64,000 nucleotides of DNA from NCBI GenBank assembly GCA_049840735.1, contig JASGJN010000020.1, positions 608,001 through 672,000 of the forward strand, read 5' to 3'. This document shows, in pieces, positions 19,718 through 34,923 of this stretch (positions are counted from its first letter, which is position 1; every line of letters starts with the position of its first letter). The notes beneath the pieces were generated by a model. The model was given only the letters and a program-made list of their open reading frames with translations. It did no database searches and had not been told where the DNA came from. A program made the position numbers and the translations under genes. The DNA comes from Anaeromyxobacter sp. Lineage in GTDB: Bacteria > Myxococcota > Myxococcia > Myxococcales > Anaeromyxobacteraceae.

Positions 19718-21001
19718 ATGTCAGCCGAAGACGTCCACCTCGACTCCAACATCCCGGGAAACCCGGCCTACCACTTCACCATCGTCCCGGCCGGCGCTCC
19801 CGCCAAGGCCGGCTGGGCCCAGCGCGGGCCGCTCATCGCCGGCGCCAAGGCGGCGACGCAGTGCGTCCACGCGGGCGTGGCCCCCGACCCGTCCTACGGG
19901 GCGGTGATGCCGCCCATCTACCAGTCCTCCACCTTCGCCTTCCGCGACGTCTGTACCAACGCGGGCTACGACTACACGCGCAGCGGCAATCCCACCCGCG
20001 CCGCGCTGGAGGAGGCCATCGGCACGCTGGAGGGCGGCGGCGGCGCCACGTGCACCTCCACCGGCATGAGCGCGGTGATCGTGGCGCTCAACCTGCTCCC
20101 GCAGGGCAGCCACCTCTTGGCCACCGTGGACTGCTACGGCGGCACCTTCCGCGCCCTCGAGCACGCCAAGGTCACCTACGGCCTGGAGGTCACCTACCTC
20201 GACCTGGGCGACCTGGCCGCGGTGCAGGCCGCCTTCCGCCCCAACACGCGCATGGTCTGGATCGAGACCCCCTCCAACCCGCTGCTGCGGCTGACCGACA
20301 TCGCCGCGGTCTCGGCCCTGGCCCGCGAGCGCGGCGCCATGACGGTGGTGGACAACACCTTCCTCTCGCCAGTGCTCCAGAAGCCGTTCCAGCACGGCGC
20401 CGACCTGGTCATCCACTCCACCACCAAGTACCTGAACGGCCACTCCGACGTGGTGGGCGGCGCGGTGGTGGCGGCCCCGGGGCGGACCGCGCTGGTGCAG
20501 CGGATCCAGAGCGTCAACAACCTGCTCGGCACCTCCCAGAGCCCCCACGACTGCTTCTTGGTGCTGCGCGGGCTCAAGACGCTGCTCATCCGCATGAAGG
20601 CGCACGAGGCCGGCGCGAAGCGGGTGGTGGACTGGCTGGTCAGGCACCCGGCCATCGGCAAGGTCCACTACCCCGGCCTGGAGACCCACCCGCAGCACGC
20701 GCTGGCCCGGCGGCAGCAGGCCGGGTTCGGCGCCATGGTGAGCTTCGAGCTGGCCGACGGGCGGCGCGAGCGCGTGGATCACGTGCTCAAGACGCTGCGC
20801 TGGTTCACGCTGGCGGAGAGCCTGGGCGGCGTGGAGAGCCTGGTGGCCCACCCGGCCTCCATGACCCACGCCTCGATGACGCCGGCGGCGCGCGCCAAGG
20901 CCGGCATCACCGACAGCGTGATCCGGCTCTCGATCGGGATCGAGGACCCGGAGGACCTGATCGCCGACCTGGATCAGGCCCTGGCGTCGCTGCCGCGGTA
21001 G
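19718..21001 (+). CDS. metB: Cys/Met metabolism PLP enzyme (cystathionine gamma-synthase/lyase)
   Basis: PPIYQSSTF, YTRSGNPTR, ETPSNP, DNTF, HSTTKYLNGHSD, AESLGGVESL; exact specificity not resolved. Confidence 0.8.
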   Translation: MSAEDVHLDSNIPGNPAYHFTIVPAGAPAKAGWAQRGPLIAGAKAATQCVHAGVAPDPSYGAVMPPIYQSSTFAFRDVCTNAGYDYTRSGNPTRAALEEAIGTLEGGGGATCTSTGMSAVIVALNLLPQGSHLLATVDCYGGTFRALEHAKVTYGLEVTYLDLGDLAAVQAAFRPNTRMVWIETPSNPLLRLTDIAAVSALARERGAMTVVDNTFLSPVLQKPFQHGADLVIHSTTKYLNGHSDVVGGAVVAAPGRTALVQRIQSVNNLLGTSQSPHDCFLVLRGLKTLLIRMKAHEAGAKRVVDWLVRHPAIGKVHYPGLETHPQHALARRQQAGFGAMVSFELADGRRERVDHVLKTLRWFTLAESLGGVESLVAHPASMTHASMTPAARAKAGITDSVIRLSIGIEDPEDLIADLDQALASLPR

Positions 21002-21429
21002 CCGCGCCGCGGCGCCGGCCCCTCGCGCAGCAGGTGCTTCACCGCGTCGCGCAGGCCGGCGTCGGCCAGCGGGTGCTGCCGCGCGTCGCGCATCAGCGCC
21101 AGCAGGTGCTGGCGGACCTCGGGCTCGCAGGCGCTGGCGATGTGCCGGTCGAGCATGAGCGCGGTGTGCGCGGTGGGGCGGCGGGCGAAGGAGGCGGTGA
21201 GCTGCTCGCCGTAACCCCGGTCCCCGAGCCGCTCCAGGAAGTGGACCAGCGCGCCCGGGCGGCCGTAGTCGATCTCCGGGTGCTCCTCCATGAACCGGAG
21301 CACCGGCGCGATGGCCTCCGGCCCGACTCCAGCGCCGATCCAGTCCTCCACCAGCTGGCCCGAGCGGTAGGGGAACTCGGCCGAGTCCGCGATCCGGTAG
21401 AGCTGAACGAGGATGGTGTCTGGCGTCAT
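20974..21429 (-). CDS. Hypothetical protein (possible immunity-like protein)
   Basis: Helical ORF with PVLRFMEEHPEIDYGRPGALVHFLE segment. Confidence 0.55.
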   Translation of the reverse strand: MTPDTILVQLYRIADSAEFPYRSGQLVEDWIGAGVGPEAIAPVLRFMEEHPEIDYGRPGALVHFLERLGDRGYGEQLTASFARRPTAHTALMLDRHIASACEPEVRQHLLALMRDARQHPLADAGLRDAVKHLLREGPAPRRGYRGSDARA

Positions 21430-21566
21430 GGGGACATCCGGGTGGAGGTGGAGCTGAGCCCACATGCTACGCCGGAACACTGACAGCGGCGGTGACGAGA
21501 AAGATCACGCACCTGCAGTCCGCGTCGGGTTGGCCCAACCCCTGGAACTGGCTCGCCTTGTGGCCT

Positions 21567-22583
21567 CTAGTGGCCCTGTGCCGCACCCGGCGCGGGCGCC
21601 GCGGACAGGTCACGCACCATCACCAAACGGGACGGCCGGGGCGAGAACCCGAGCTGCAGGTTGATGGCGAGCATGGGGTTCCGCTCGGCGTTGCCGGTCC
21701 GCACCAGCGGCGCCTGCCCGCTGGCGGTCCGCAGCGCCCGGGCGCGCTCCAGCACCCGGACCTTGAGCGCGGTGGCGATGCCCCGCCGCCGGTGGCTGCG
21801 GGCCACCCCGGTGAAGCCGGTGAAGAGGATGGCGTCGGTGGCCTGGCTGGCCCAGAGCTGGGTCATGCCCACCACGCGCTCGCCGTCCAGCGCCAGCAGG
21901 TGCAGCTCCGGGCGGAAGTCCGGGTTGGCGTGATAGGCGCGGCGCCACCGCTCGAACGGCGCGGCCACGTAGCCGTCCGCGCCAGGGGCGTCGGGCATGG
22001 CCTCGCCCTCCAGCGCGTGGAGCGCCCGCAGCAGCCGCTCGTCCTCGGCGCCCCCCTCCCCCAGGTCCCGCAGCCGCAGCCCGCCCGCCTCCGCCGTCTC
22101 CACCGCCCCCGCGAACCGGGCCGGGTCGAACCGCTCCAGCTCCAGCTCGGAGAGCTGCATCCGCAGCCGCTCGTGGAAGCCGCGCTGGAGCAGGAAGCGC
22201 ACGGCCTCCGGCCGGTCCTCGCTGGTCTCGACCTCCACCTGCGAGGCGCCGGCCGGCAGCGCCGCCAGGGCCCGCCGCCACAGCTCCGCGCCCAGCCCCC
22301 GGCGCCGGTGCTGCGGGTCCACCGAGAGCGACAGCTGGAACTGGGTCGGATCGTCGAGCCGGAGGTGAGGCCGCCACTCCGCCATGGCCACCACCTGGCC
22401 CACCGTCGGCGCGCGGGCCAGCAGCCGGCGGGAGGCGTGGTCCGGCCCGGTCTCCTCGTCGAAGCGGGCCATGAAGGCGGCGCTGGCGGGCCACTCCGGC
22501 CAGACCTTGTCGAGCAGCTCGGCCGCGGCTTGATACGCCGCCGCGCGGGGCTCGAAGGATTCGATGCGGTACGCGCTCGGCAT
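21567..22583 (-). CDS. Tandem GNAT acetyltransferase
   Basis: VDPQHRRRGLG and TGVARSHRRRGIATALK, N...N.PMLAIN..LGF. Confidence 0.88.
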   Translation of the reverse strand: MPSAYRIESFEPRAAAYQAAAELLDKVWPEWPASAAFMARFDEETGPDHASRRLLARAPTVGQVVAMAEWRPHLRLDDPTQFQLSLSVDPQHRRRGLGAELWRRALAALPAGASQVEVETSEDRPEAVRFLLQRGFHERLRMQLSELELERFDPARFAGAVETAEAGGLRLRDLGEGGAEDERLLRALHALEGEAMPDAPGADGYVAAPFERWRRAYHANPDFRPELHLLALDGERVVGMTQLWASQATDAILFTGFTGVARSHRRRGIATALKVRVLERARALRTASGQAPLVRTGNAERNPMLAINLQLGFSPRPSRLVMVRDLSAAPAPGAAQGH

Positions 22584-22706
22584 GGGGCGCGTAGCCTCTC
22601 AGTGACATCACGATTGGTCAAGCGGAAGGCGACCGGCGGCGGCGGGCTGCGCGCCGCTGACGCGCGCGCAGGGTGCGGGGCCGCCGGCACCCGCCCGCCC
22701 GGTCGC

Positions 22707-26035
<3,329 letters not shown>

Positions 26036-26039
<4 letters not shown>

Positions 26040-27040
26040 GGCTGCACCTCCACGGGCTGCCCGTCGCGGAGCGCGCCGGGCGCGTCGATGACCGTCTCGC
26101 CGGGCCGGACGCCGGCGCGGATCGGCACCCAGTCACCGGCCGGCTCCCCGGGCGAGATCCAGCGCAGCTCGGCCTTCCCGCCCGCCGCCACGAAGACGCC
26201 GGTCAGGTCGCCGCGCTGCACCAGCGCGCGCTGGGGCACCCAGACGCCCGCGGCGCCGGCGGCGGCCGGCAGCTCCAGCCGGGCGAAGGCGCCGGAGCGG
26301 AGCTCGCCCACCGGCTCCTTCACGCTGGCGCGCAGGCCGCGCCGGTAGGAGAGCGGGTCGCCGCCGGGGGTGAGCGAGGTCACCACCGCCTGGCCGGTCA
26401 GGCCGCCGGCGTGGAAGGTGAGCGCCTGGCCGACGGCCACGCCGCGGGCCTCGTCGGCGGAGAGGCTGGCGGTCAGCTCCAGCCCCTTCCCCTCCAGCAG
26501 CAGGAGCGGCTGCCCGGGGCCGACCAGGTCCCCCGGCTCGACGCGCCGGGACTGGACGACGCCGGCGAAGGGCGCGCGCAGCCCGGTGTAGGCCAGGTTG
26601 GCCTGGGCGCCGGCCACGGCCGCCTGCGCCTGGGCCCGCTGCGACTGCGCCAGCTCCAGCTCGGCCGGGGTGGCGGCCCGCACGGCCACCAGCGCCTGGA
26701 TGCGCCGCTCGTGCGCCTGGGCGGCAGCCAGCCCGGTCTGCGCGGCGGCCAGCCCGCCGCGCACGTCGTCGTCGGAGAGCGAGACGAGCAGGTCGCCGGC
26801 GCGCACCGCCTGCCCCTCGCGCACGTGGACGGCGCGGACGGAGGCGGCCAGGCGCGTCGAGACGGTGGCGCGCTCGGCGGCGATCACCGAGGCGGGGACC
26901 AGGGCGGCGCCGCCGGGGGCGCCGGCGGGGACGGCCCGGACGCGGGCGGGGGCGCCGGCGGCAGCGGACGGCTCGCCGGCGCGGGCCGGCGGGGCCGCGA
27001 GGAGCGCGGCGGCGAGGGTGAGCAGGAGGGAGCGGGTCAT
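26036..27040 (-). CDS. RND periplasmic adaptor (membrane fusion protein)
   Basis: V.EGQ.V..GD.L and LRAPFAGVV....VEPGD.V.PGQPL lipoyl half-motifs. Confidence 0.9.
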
Positions 27041-28376
27041 GGCAGCTGTCCTTCGATGGGCTGGTGGAGGGCGAGCGCGAGGTGGGCGCGGGCCACGCGC
27101 GCCTCGAGGCGGCTCGCCAGGAGCAGGGCGCGGGCGCCGGCCAGGCCGGCGTCCGCGTCCAGGACGTCGGTGAGCGGGAGGAGCCCCTGGCGGTGCCGGG
27201 CGTCCCGCAGCGAGCGGGCGGACTCGGAGGCGGCGACCGCCTCGGTGGCGGCGCGGACCCGGGCGTCGGCGGTCTCGACCGCCTGCCTTGCCTCGGCCAC
27301 CTCCCGGTCGGCCTCGCGGACGCGCCAGGCCAGGTCGTCGGCGGCGGCGCGGGCCCGCGCGGCGGCCGCGCGGCGGGCGTCGGCCTCGCCGAGCGAGAGG
27401 TCCCAGCGGGCCAGGAGCCCCACGCTGGTCCAGGCGGTGCCCTCCGAGAGGTCGCCGCTGCGCATGGTCTCGGCGGACGCCTGGGCGAAGACGGCGGGGA
27501 GCAGGCTGCCGCGGGCGGCGGTGGCGGCCTGGTCGGCGGCCTCACGGCGCAGGCGGGCCGCCAGCAGGTCGGGGCGGTCGGCCGGGACGGCGGTCAGGAC
27601 GGCCTCGCCGGCGGACGGCAGCGCCTCGACCGGCGTCACCAGCGCCGCGTCGCGCGCGGCGTCGCCGGCCAGCAGGGCCAGCGCCGAGCGGGCGGAGGCG
27701 AGCCGCTGCAGCGCGGCGGCCCGCTCGGCCTCGGCCTGGGCACGGAAGGCCGCGGCGCGGGCCACGTCGGCGTCGAGCATGAGCCCCTGGGCGTTCCGCT
27801 CGCGGACGAAGCGCTCGGTCTCGCGGGCGTGGGCCAGCAGGTCGTCGGCGTGGCGCAGCCCCTGCTCCCCCACCTGCGCGGCGAAGTAGGCCTGCACCAC
27901 CGCGGCGGCCACCTGGGCCTGGCGGTCGGCGTGCTCGGCGGCGCCCGCCCCGGCGGCCGCGCCGGCCGCCTCCTGCCCGGCCCGCAGCCGCCCGCCATGT
28001 AGAGCGGGAGCGAGAGCGTGGCGCCGGCGCCCCAGCCGCCGATGGCGGCGGGGTCGTTGAGCTTGGCGGGATCGAAGTCGGCCGCGCCAATCCGCCCCTG
28101 ATCGAGCTTGAGCCCGAAGGCCATCATCGGCTCGTCGGTGCGCACGCCGCGCGCCGAGAGCGTGAGCGTGGGGAGGCGGCTGTCGCGGGCCCGGTCGGCG
28201 TCGGCCCGGGCCGCCTCCACCAGCGCGGCGGAGGCCTTGAGCCCGGGGTGCTGCTTCCAGGCGGACTGGATGGCCTCCTCGACCGTGAGCGGGCCGGGAG
28301 AGGCGGAGGCCGGGAGGAGCAGCGCTGCGCCCCAGGCCAGGAGGCGTCGAAGTGAGGTGCGGTGCGGTCGGGTCAC
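27037..28376 (-). CDS. TolC family outer membrane efflux protein, frameshift ~27995
   Basis: Signal peptide, LT.EEAI..A...HP, SLPLY.GG; second half in ORF 27037..27912; operon position. Confidence 0.8.
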
Positions 28377-28437
28377 GCCGGGGAGAGCCGGGCCTCGCGG
28401 GAAGGGTTCGCGAGGCCCGGCCGTCCCTGTGGGGCCC

Positions 28438-28683
28438 TCAGGCGGCGCGGCGCGTCCCGGGTCGCGCCGGGACGACCGCGCAGCTGGGCACGCCGGCGCG
28501 GCGCAGGATCAGCTCCAGCGGGCAGAGGCCGGTGAAGGCGCTCTGCAGCAGGTTCGCGCCCACGAAGGCGGTGAGCCAGAGCCAGTGCGCGCTCAGGAAG
28601 AGCGGGCTGGCCGGGACGCCCAGCGCCAGCGAGAGGAGGACGAAGCTTCCAGCGGCGATGCGGACGATGCGTTCGGTGTTCAA
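28438..28683 (-). CDS. DUF2892 (YgaP-like membrane) protein
   Basis: ERIVRIAAG...FVGANLLQSAFTGLCP. Confidence 0.88.
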   Translation of the reverse strand: MNTERIVRIAAGSFVLLSLALGVPASPLFLSAHWLWLTAFVGANLLQSAFTGLCPLELILRRAGVPSCAVVPARPGTRRAA

Positions 28684-28699
28684 CGGTGGCTCCCGGTCA

Positions 28700-30191
<1,492 letters not shown>

Positions 30192-30273
30192 GGTCCCGCC
30201 GAGTTAGCAGAAAAGCCCGAGCGGTTCCAGACCGCAGGATGCCGCCGGTGGCCCGGGACGCCCGGAAGGCCGC

Positions 30274-31101
30274 TCAGCGGCGCAGGGTGAGCGCGATCCC
30301 GGCCAGGATGGCGGCCCCCGCGACCGCCACGCGCGCCGGGAGCGGCTCGCCCAGGAAGGCGGTCGCCCCCACCCCGGCCAGCACCGGGACGGCCAGCTGC
30401 ACCGCCGCGGCCCGCGTCGGCACCAGGGCCGGCACCGCCGCCGTCCAGAGCGCGTACCCGCCGCCGGAGGCGAGCGCCCCGGAGGCCACCGCCAGGCCCA
30501 GCCCGGCCGCCGAGGCCGGCGCGGGCTCGCGCAGCAGGAACGGCAGGGCCAGCGCGACCGGGGCCGCCAGGGCGAAGCTCCCGGCGGTGGCCGCCAGCGG
30601 CGCGCTGGCGCCGCGCGCGGCCAGGGAGTAGGCGCCCCAGGCGGCCCCGGCCAGCACCATCAGCCCGGCGCCGGCCGCGTCCGGCGCCGAGGCCCCGGGC
30701 AGCGCCAGCGCGGCCAGCCCGGCCAGCGCCAGCCCCAGCCCCGCCAGCTGCAGCCGTCCGGGGCGCGCGCCGCGCAGCACCGCCCAGCCCACCATGGTGA
30801 GCTGCACCGCGCCGAAGAGCAGCAGCGCCCCGACCCCGGCGCCGATCCGGACGTAGGCCAGCGAGAAGGCGACCGCGTAGACCAGCAGCGCCAGGGCCGC
30901 GCCGGGCCGGCCGCCGCTCGGGCGGGCGCGGGCGGTGAGCGCCAGCACCGCGGCCAGCGCCAGCGCGCCGGAGGCCAGCCGCACCGCCGTGAACGCGCCG
31001 GGGGCGACGAGCCCGGGGCGCAGCGCGGCGCGGCAGAGGAGCGAGTTGGCCGCGAAGCAGGCCAGCGACGCGCCGGTGAGCAGCGCCACCCGGGCCTTCA
31101 C
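30274..31101 (-). CDS. DMT/EamA family transporter
   Basis: FAANSLLCR.AL, FT..RLASGA, about 10 TM segments; GTGA overlap with upstream gene. Confidence 0.88.
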   Translation of the reverse strand: MKARVALLTGASLACFAANSLLCRAALRPGLVAPGAFTAVRLASGALALAAVLALTARARPSGGRPGAALALLVYAVAFSLAYVRIGAGVGALLLFGAVQLTMVGWAVLRGARPGRLQLAGLGLALAGLAALALPGASAPDAAGAGLMVLAGAAWGAYSLAARGASAPLAATAGSFALAAPVALALPFLLREPAPASAAGLGLAVASGALASGGGYALWTAAVPALVPTRAAAVQLAVPVLAGVGATAFLGEPLPARVAVAGAAILAGIALTLRR

Positions 31102-32388
31102 GGCGCCGCGTCCGGCAGCTCGGGGTGGACCGGCGCGGGCGGGCCCGGCGGCCTGGACCGTGGCGCGCCCGGGCCCAGATCGCTCCACCAGCCGGCGGTG
31201 AGGCCGAAGAAGCCGTAGCTGCTGGCCATGTCGCCGGAGGCGCCCACGTAGCCGTCCCAGGGCCAGAAGGGCACGCGCACCTCGAAGCCGTAGGTGCCGT
31301 GGAGGCGGGCCGGCTCGCCGGTGCGGGACGGCTCGAAGTAGGCGCCCGTGCGCAGCCGCAGCCAGGTGGGCCAGGCCTCCCACTCGAGCCCGCCGCGCGC
31401 GACCAGGCTGGGCGACCGCCCGGACCGGACCACCTCGGCCCCCTCCACCACGGTGGAGGTGAAGCTGACCGCGTCCTTGGCCGGGCCCACCAGAATCGAG
31501 CTGGAAGGTGAGCAGCACCGGCTGGCGGCGATCCGCGTCCCAGGCCAGCGGCTCGCCCTGCCCCGGCGCCAGCGCCAGCGCGGCCGGAGACGGCTCGTTG
31601 TAGCGCCGCGCGTTGGGCCCCACCCAGCCGGCGATGCCGACCGAGAGGGACCACGGGAAGACGAAGGCGGTGGGCGTCGGGAACGGCATGACGCTCCGAT
31701 CGCCCTTGGTGCGCGCGCTGGAGGCGGTGGCCACGGCCGCCCCCAGCCGCCAGCGCTCGCCGCGCGGCTTCCAGAGCCCACCCACCCGGACCCGCAGCGC
31801 GTCGTAGCCCAGGCGCGCCAGCGCCTGCTCTCCGCTCTTCGCGACCACCTCGCCGTGCGTGTCGGTGAGGCTCACCCCCACCACCCAGCTGTCGAGCCCT
31901 CCCGACCAGCCCGTCACCAGCGCCAGGTCGTAGGCCGCCACCCGCTCGGTCTGGCCGGAGCGAGGCGCCTCCACGCCCCACTGCGTCACCAGGAAGCCGA
32001 CGCCCAGCTTGCCGCGCTGGCCGCTCAGCCCCAGCGCGGCGCTGGGGTTCCCGGAGAGGGCGCCGTCGGTGGCGCCGTCGTTGTCCACGTCCTGTCCCAC
32101 CAGGTCGCCGCCCGTGGGCGTGCGGAAGGAGAAGGCGCAGTCCAGGGCCCAGCTCCGCTCCAGGTGACGGTCGCGGTTCGCGACCGAGGCCGGGTTGATG
32201 GTGGCCCCGTTCAGCCCCTCCCCCACCGCCACGAAGGCGCCGCCCAGGCCCACCACGCGGGCGCTGTTGGCGCCCATGGCGGCGTAGGCGTCCACCGGCT
32301 GGCGCCCGTCGAACGGATCGGCGCCGGCCGGCGCGGCGGCCAGCAGCAGCGGGAGGGCGAGGAGCTGGGCGCGCGCGCTCGGCACCAC
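31098..32388 (-). CDS. Putative outer-membrane beta-barrel (FadL-like), frameshift ~31495
   Basis: Signal peptide, ARVVGLGGAFVAV...NPA, LRLRTGAYFEP alternating strands. Confidence 0.6.
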
Positions 32389-32434
32389 CCCAGCCTAGAC
32401 CGGCCGGGGCCGCGCTGAGAAGGGCCGGCGCGGC

Positions 32435-33268
32435 TCAGGGGAAGACGTCCTGCGGCGGCGTCCCACCCAGCTCCGGATGCAGCCGGGCGTGGACCTCGAG
32501 CAGCGTCTCGACCGCGCGGCGCCCCGCCTCGCCCAGGTCGAGCGAGAAGTCGTTCACGTAGAGCGCGATGTGCTGGCGCATGACCTGCTCGTCGAGCTCC
32601 TGCGCGTGGCGGCGGACGTAGTCCGGGACCGCCGGCTCGGCGCGCCGCGCGGCCAGCAGGCTCTCGCGGATGAGCCGCTCCACCTGCCCGGCCACGCCCG
32701 GCGGCAGCGTGCGACGGGCCACGATGCCGCCCAGCGGGATGGGGGCGCGCGTCACCTGCTCCCAGTGCTCGCCCAGGTCCATCAGCCGGGCCAGCCCGCG
32801 GGACGCGTAGGTGAAGCGGCCCTCGTGGATGATCACGCCGGCGTCCACCTCGCCCTGCGCCACCGCCGCCTCGATCTCGGAGAAGACCATGAAGCGCTTC
32901 TGCCGCGCCTGCGGGAAGGCCAGCGAGAAGAGGAGGTGCGCGGTGGTCTGGCGTCCGGGGATGGCCACGGTCATGGCCTCCGGCCGGAAGGCGCCCAGGC
33001 CCGGCCGCGCCACCAGCAGCGGCCCCACGCCCATCCCCAGCGCGCCGCCCGAGGCGAGCAGCGCGTAGGTGCGGGTCACCTCCGGCAGGACCCCGTAGCT
33101 GATCTTGGAGACGTCCAGCTTCCCGGCCACCGCCCACTCGTTGAGCGTCTGCACGTCCGCGAGCACCGGCTCGAAGGTGAGGCCGCCGGTGTCGAGGCCG
33201 CCGTTCACCAGCGCGTCGAAGATGAACGTGTCGTTGGGGCAGGGCGAGAAGCCGAGGGTCAGCCGCAT
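32435..33268 (-). CDS. mqnD: 1,4-dihydroxy-6-naphthoate synthase (futalosine pathway)
   Basis: LGFSPCPNDTFIF, IIHEGRFTY, DLGEHWE, PIPLGG, HIALYVN. Confidence 0.93.
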   Translation of the reverse strand: MRLTLGFSPCPNDTFIFDALVNGGLDTGGLTFEPVLADVQTLNEWAVAGKLDVSKISYGVLPEVTRTYALLASGGALGMGVGPLLVARPGLGAFRPEAMTVAIPGRQTTAHLLFSLAFPQARQKRFMVFSEIEAAVAQGEVDAGVIIHEGRFTYASRGLARLMDLGEHWEQVTRAPIPLGGIVARRTLPPGVAGQVERLIRESLLAARRAEPAVPDYVRRHAQELDEQVMRQHIALYVNDFSLDLGEAGRRAVETLLEVHARLHPELGGTPPQDVFP

Positions 33269-33281
33269 GGCGAGGGATCTC

Positions 33282-34202
33282 CTACACGACGCGGCGCCGC
33301 CGCGCCACCCGCGGCGGGGACGCCTCGCCGCGCAGCCGCGGCCCGGCCTCCGCGAGGACGCGGGCCAGGAAGGCCAGCCCGGCCTGGTTCCGCGGGGAGC
33401 GGCGCAGCTCGCCGTGCACCACCAGCCAGAGCTCGCGGGTGCGGACCTCCGCCCCCAGCCGCGCCAGCCCCGGGGACCCGTCACCGAGGAAGCAGGGCAG
33501 CACGCCGGCCCCCAGCCCCGCCTCCACCGCGGCCAGGAGCGCGAAGGCGCCGCTGGCCCGCAGCACAACCGCGCCGCCAGGCACCTCGTCCACCCACGCC
33601 AGCGGCGCCGAGCTGCGGGCCAGCTCCGGGATGTAGCCCACCAGCGGCCGCCCCTCCAGCCCGCCGGGCGCACCCCGCCGCCCGGCCGCGGCGCGCGCGA
33701 CGTAAGGGGCGAAGGCCAGGGTGCCGGCCCGGCGGATCACCAGCCCCGGCTCCGCCGGGCGGAACAGCCGGACGGCCAGATCGGCCTCGCGCCGCGAGAG
33801 GCTCACCGGCTCGTTGCCGGTCACCAGCTCGACCCGGAGGCCCGGGTGGGCGGCCGTCAGCTCGCCCAGGCGTGGCGCCAGCACCCGGGCGGCCAGGGCC
33901 TCCGTGGCGGCGATGCGGAGCGTGCCCGTGACCTCGGCCTCCCCGGCGCGCGGCTCCAGCGCCAGCGCGGCCTCGTCCATGCGCCGGGCCGCCTCCAGCG
34001 CGCGGAGCCCGGCGCCGGTGAGCGTGACCCGCCCCGGCGGCCCCTCCAGCAGCGGCGCCCCCACCGCCTCGCGCAGCGCGCGCAGCCGGCGGCCCACCGT
34101 GGCCGGGTCCACGCCCAGGCGGCGGGCGGCGCGGGCGAAGGAGCCCGCCTGGTGCGCGGCCAGGAGGAAGCGGAGGTCGTCCCAGTCGATCCTGGATTGC
34201 AT
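33282..34202 (-). CDS. LysR family transcriptional regulator
   Basis: DWDDLRF.LA....GSF..AARRLGV..ATVGRR; SLSRREADLAVR. Confidence 0.9.
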   Translation of the reverse strand: MQSRIDWDDLRFLLAAHQAGSFARAARRLGVDPATVGRRLRALREAVGAPLLEGPPGRVTLTGAGLRALEAARRMDEAALALEPRAGEAEVTGTLRIAATEALAARVLAPRLGELTAAHPGLRVELVTGNEPVSLSRREADLAVRLFRPAEPGLVIRRAGTLAFAPYVARAAAGRRGAPGGLEGRPLVGYIPELARSSAPLAWVDEVPGGAVVLRASGAFALLAAVEAGLGAGVLPCFLGDGSPGLARLGAEVRTRELWLVVHGELRRSPRNQAGLAFLARVLAEAGPRLRGEASPPRVARRRRVV

Positions 34203-34211
34203 TCCTGCAAT
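34196..34211. promoter_or_regulatory. Candidate LysR box (T-N11-A palindrome) overlapping the LysR start codon
   Basis: attgca-ttcc-tgcaat between divergent LysR and HD genes. Confidence 0.55.
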
Positions 34212-34268
34212 GCTAGCCCTGCGCAGGATCGCATTCCAGCGGCGGCGCGGGTGCGGCAGGGTACGGCC

Positions 34269-34841
34269 ATGACCCTGCTCGACCGCGTCCGCGACCTCGT
34301 CCGCTCGGAGTGCCTCGCCCCGACCAACGCCTTCGGCCCCGTCTTCCTGGAGGAGCACCTGGGGGTGGTGGCCGCCCTGTGCCGCCGGCTCGGCCCTCCG
34401 CTCGGCGCCGATCCGGTCCGCCTCGAGCTGGCGGCCTGGCTGCACGACCTCGCCGCCGTGCGCGACCTCGGCTGCCTCACCACCCACGCCGAGGCGGGCG
34501 CGGCGCTGGCCCGGGAGGTCCTGCCCCGGCTCGGCGCGCCGGAGGCGGACGTACAGGCGGTGAGCGCCGCCATCGCCGCCCACTCCGCGCCGGTCCAGCC
34601 CGGTGCCGGGCCCGCCGAGGCCGTGGCCCTGGCCGCCGCCGACGTGCTCTCGCACCTGGAGCGGCCCGCCTACTGGTTCCACTACCTGTACCGGGTCCGC
34701 GGCATGGATCTGGCCTGCGCCCTGGCCTGGTGGCGCGGCCGGGTGGAGGGCGCCTACCCGCAGCTGCCGCCCGCGGCCCGCGCGGTGGGGGCCGAGGCGC
34801 ACGCCAGGGCGGCGTGGCTGCTGGAGGCGCCGCGGAGGTAG
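34269..34841 (+). CDS. HD domain protein
   Basis: EEH...V, LAAWLHDL, HAEAGA, AI.AHS, AD.LSH. Confidence 0.8.
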   Translation: MTLLDRVRDLVRSECLAPTNAFGPVFLEEHLGVVAALCRRLGPPLGADPVRLELAAWLHDLAAVRDLGCLTTHAEAGAALAREVLPRLGAPEADVQAVSAAIAAHSAPVQPGAGPAEAVALAAADVLSHLERPAYWFHYLYRVRGMDLACALAWWRGRVEGAYPQLPPAARAVGAEAHARAAWLLEAPRR

Positions 34842-34923
34842 CGCGGGCGGTACGCGCAGCTCGGCCTGCCCGCCGCGCCCGCCAGCAGGCCCCCAGTCCC
34901 GCCCGCGTGGCCAACAGCGCCCC

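Noticed and set aside
30274..32388. 704-aa barrel-DMT fusion protein
   Set aside because: Created by the indel at ~31495; the corrected barrel stops at 31098 and overlaps the DMT start (GTGA).
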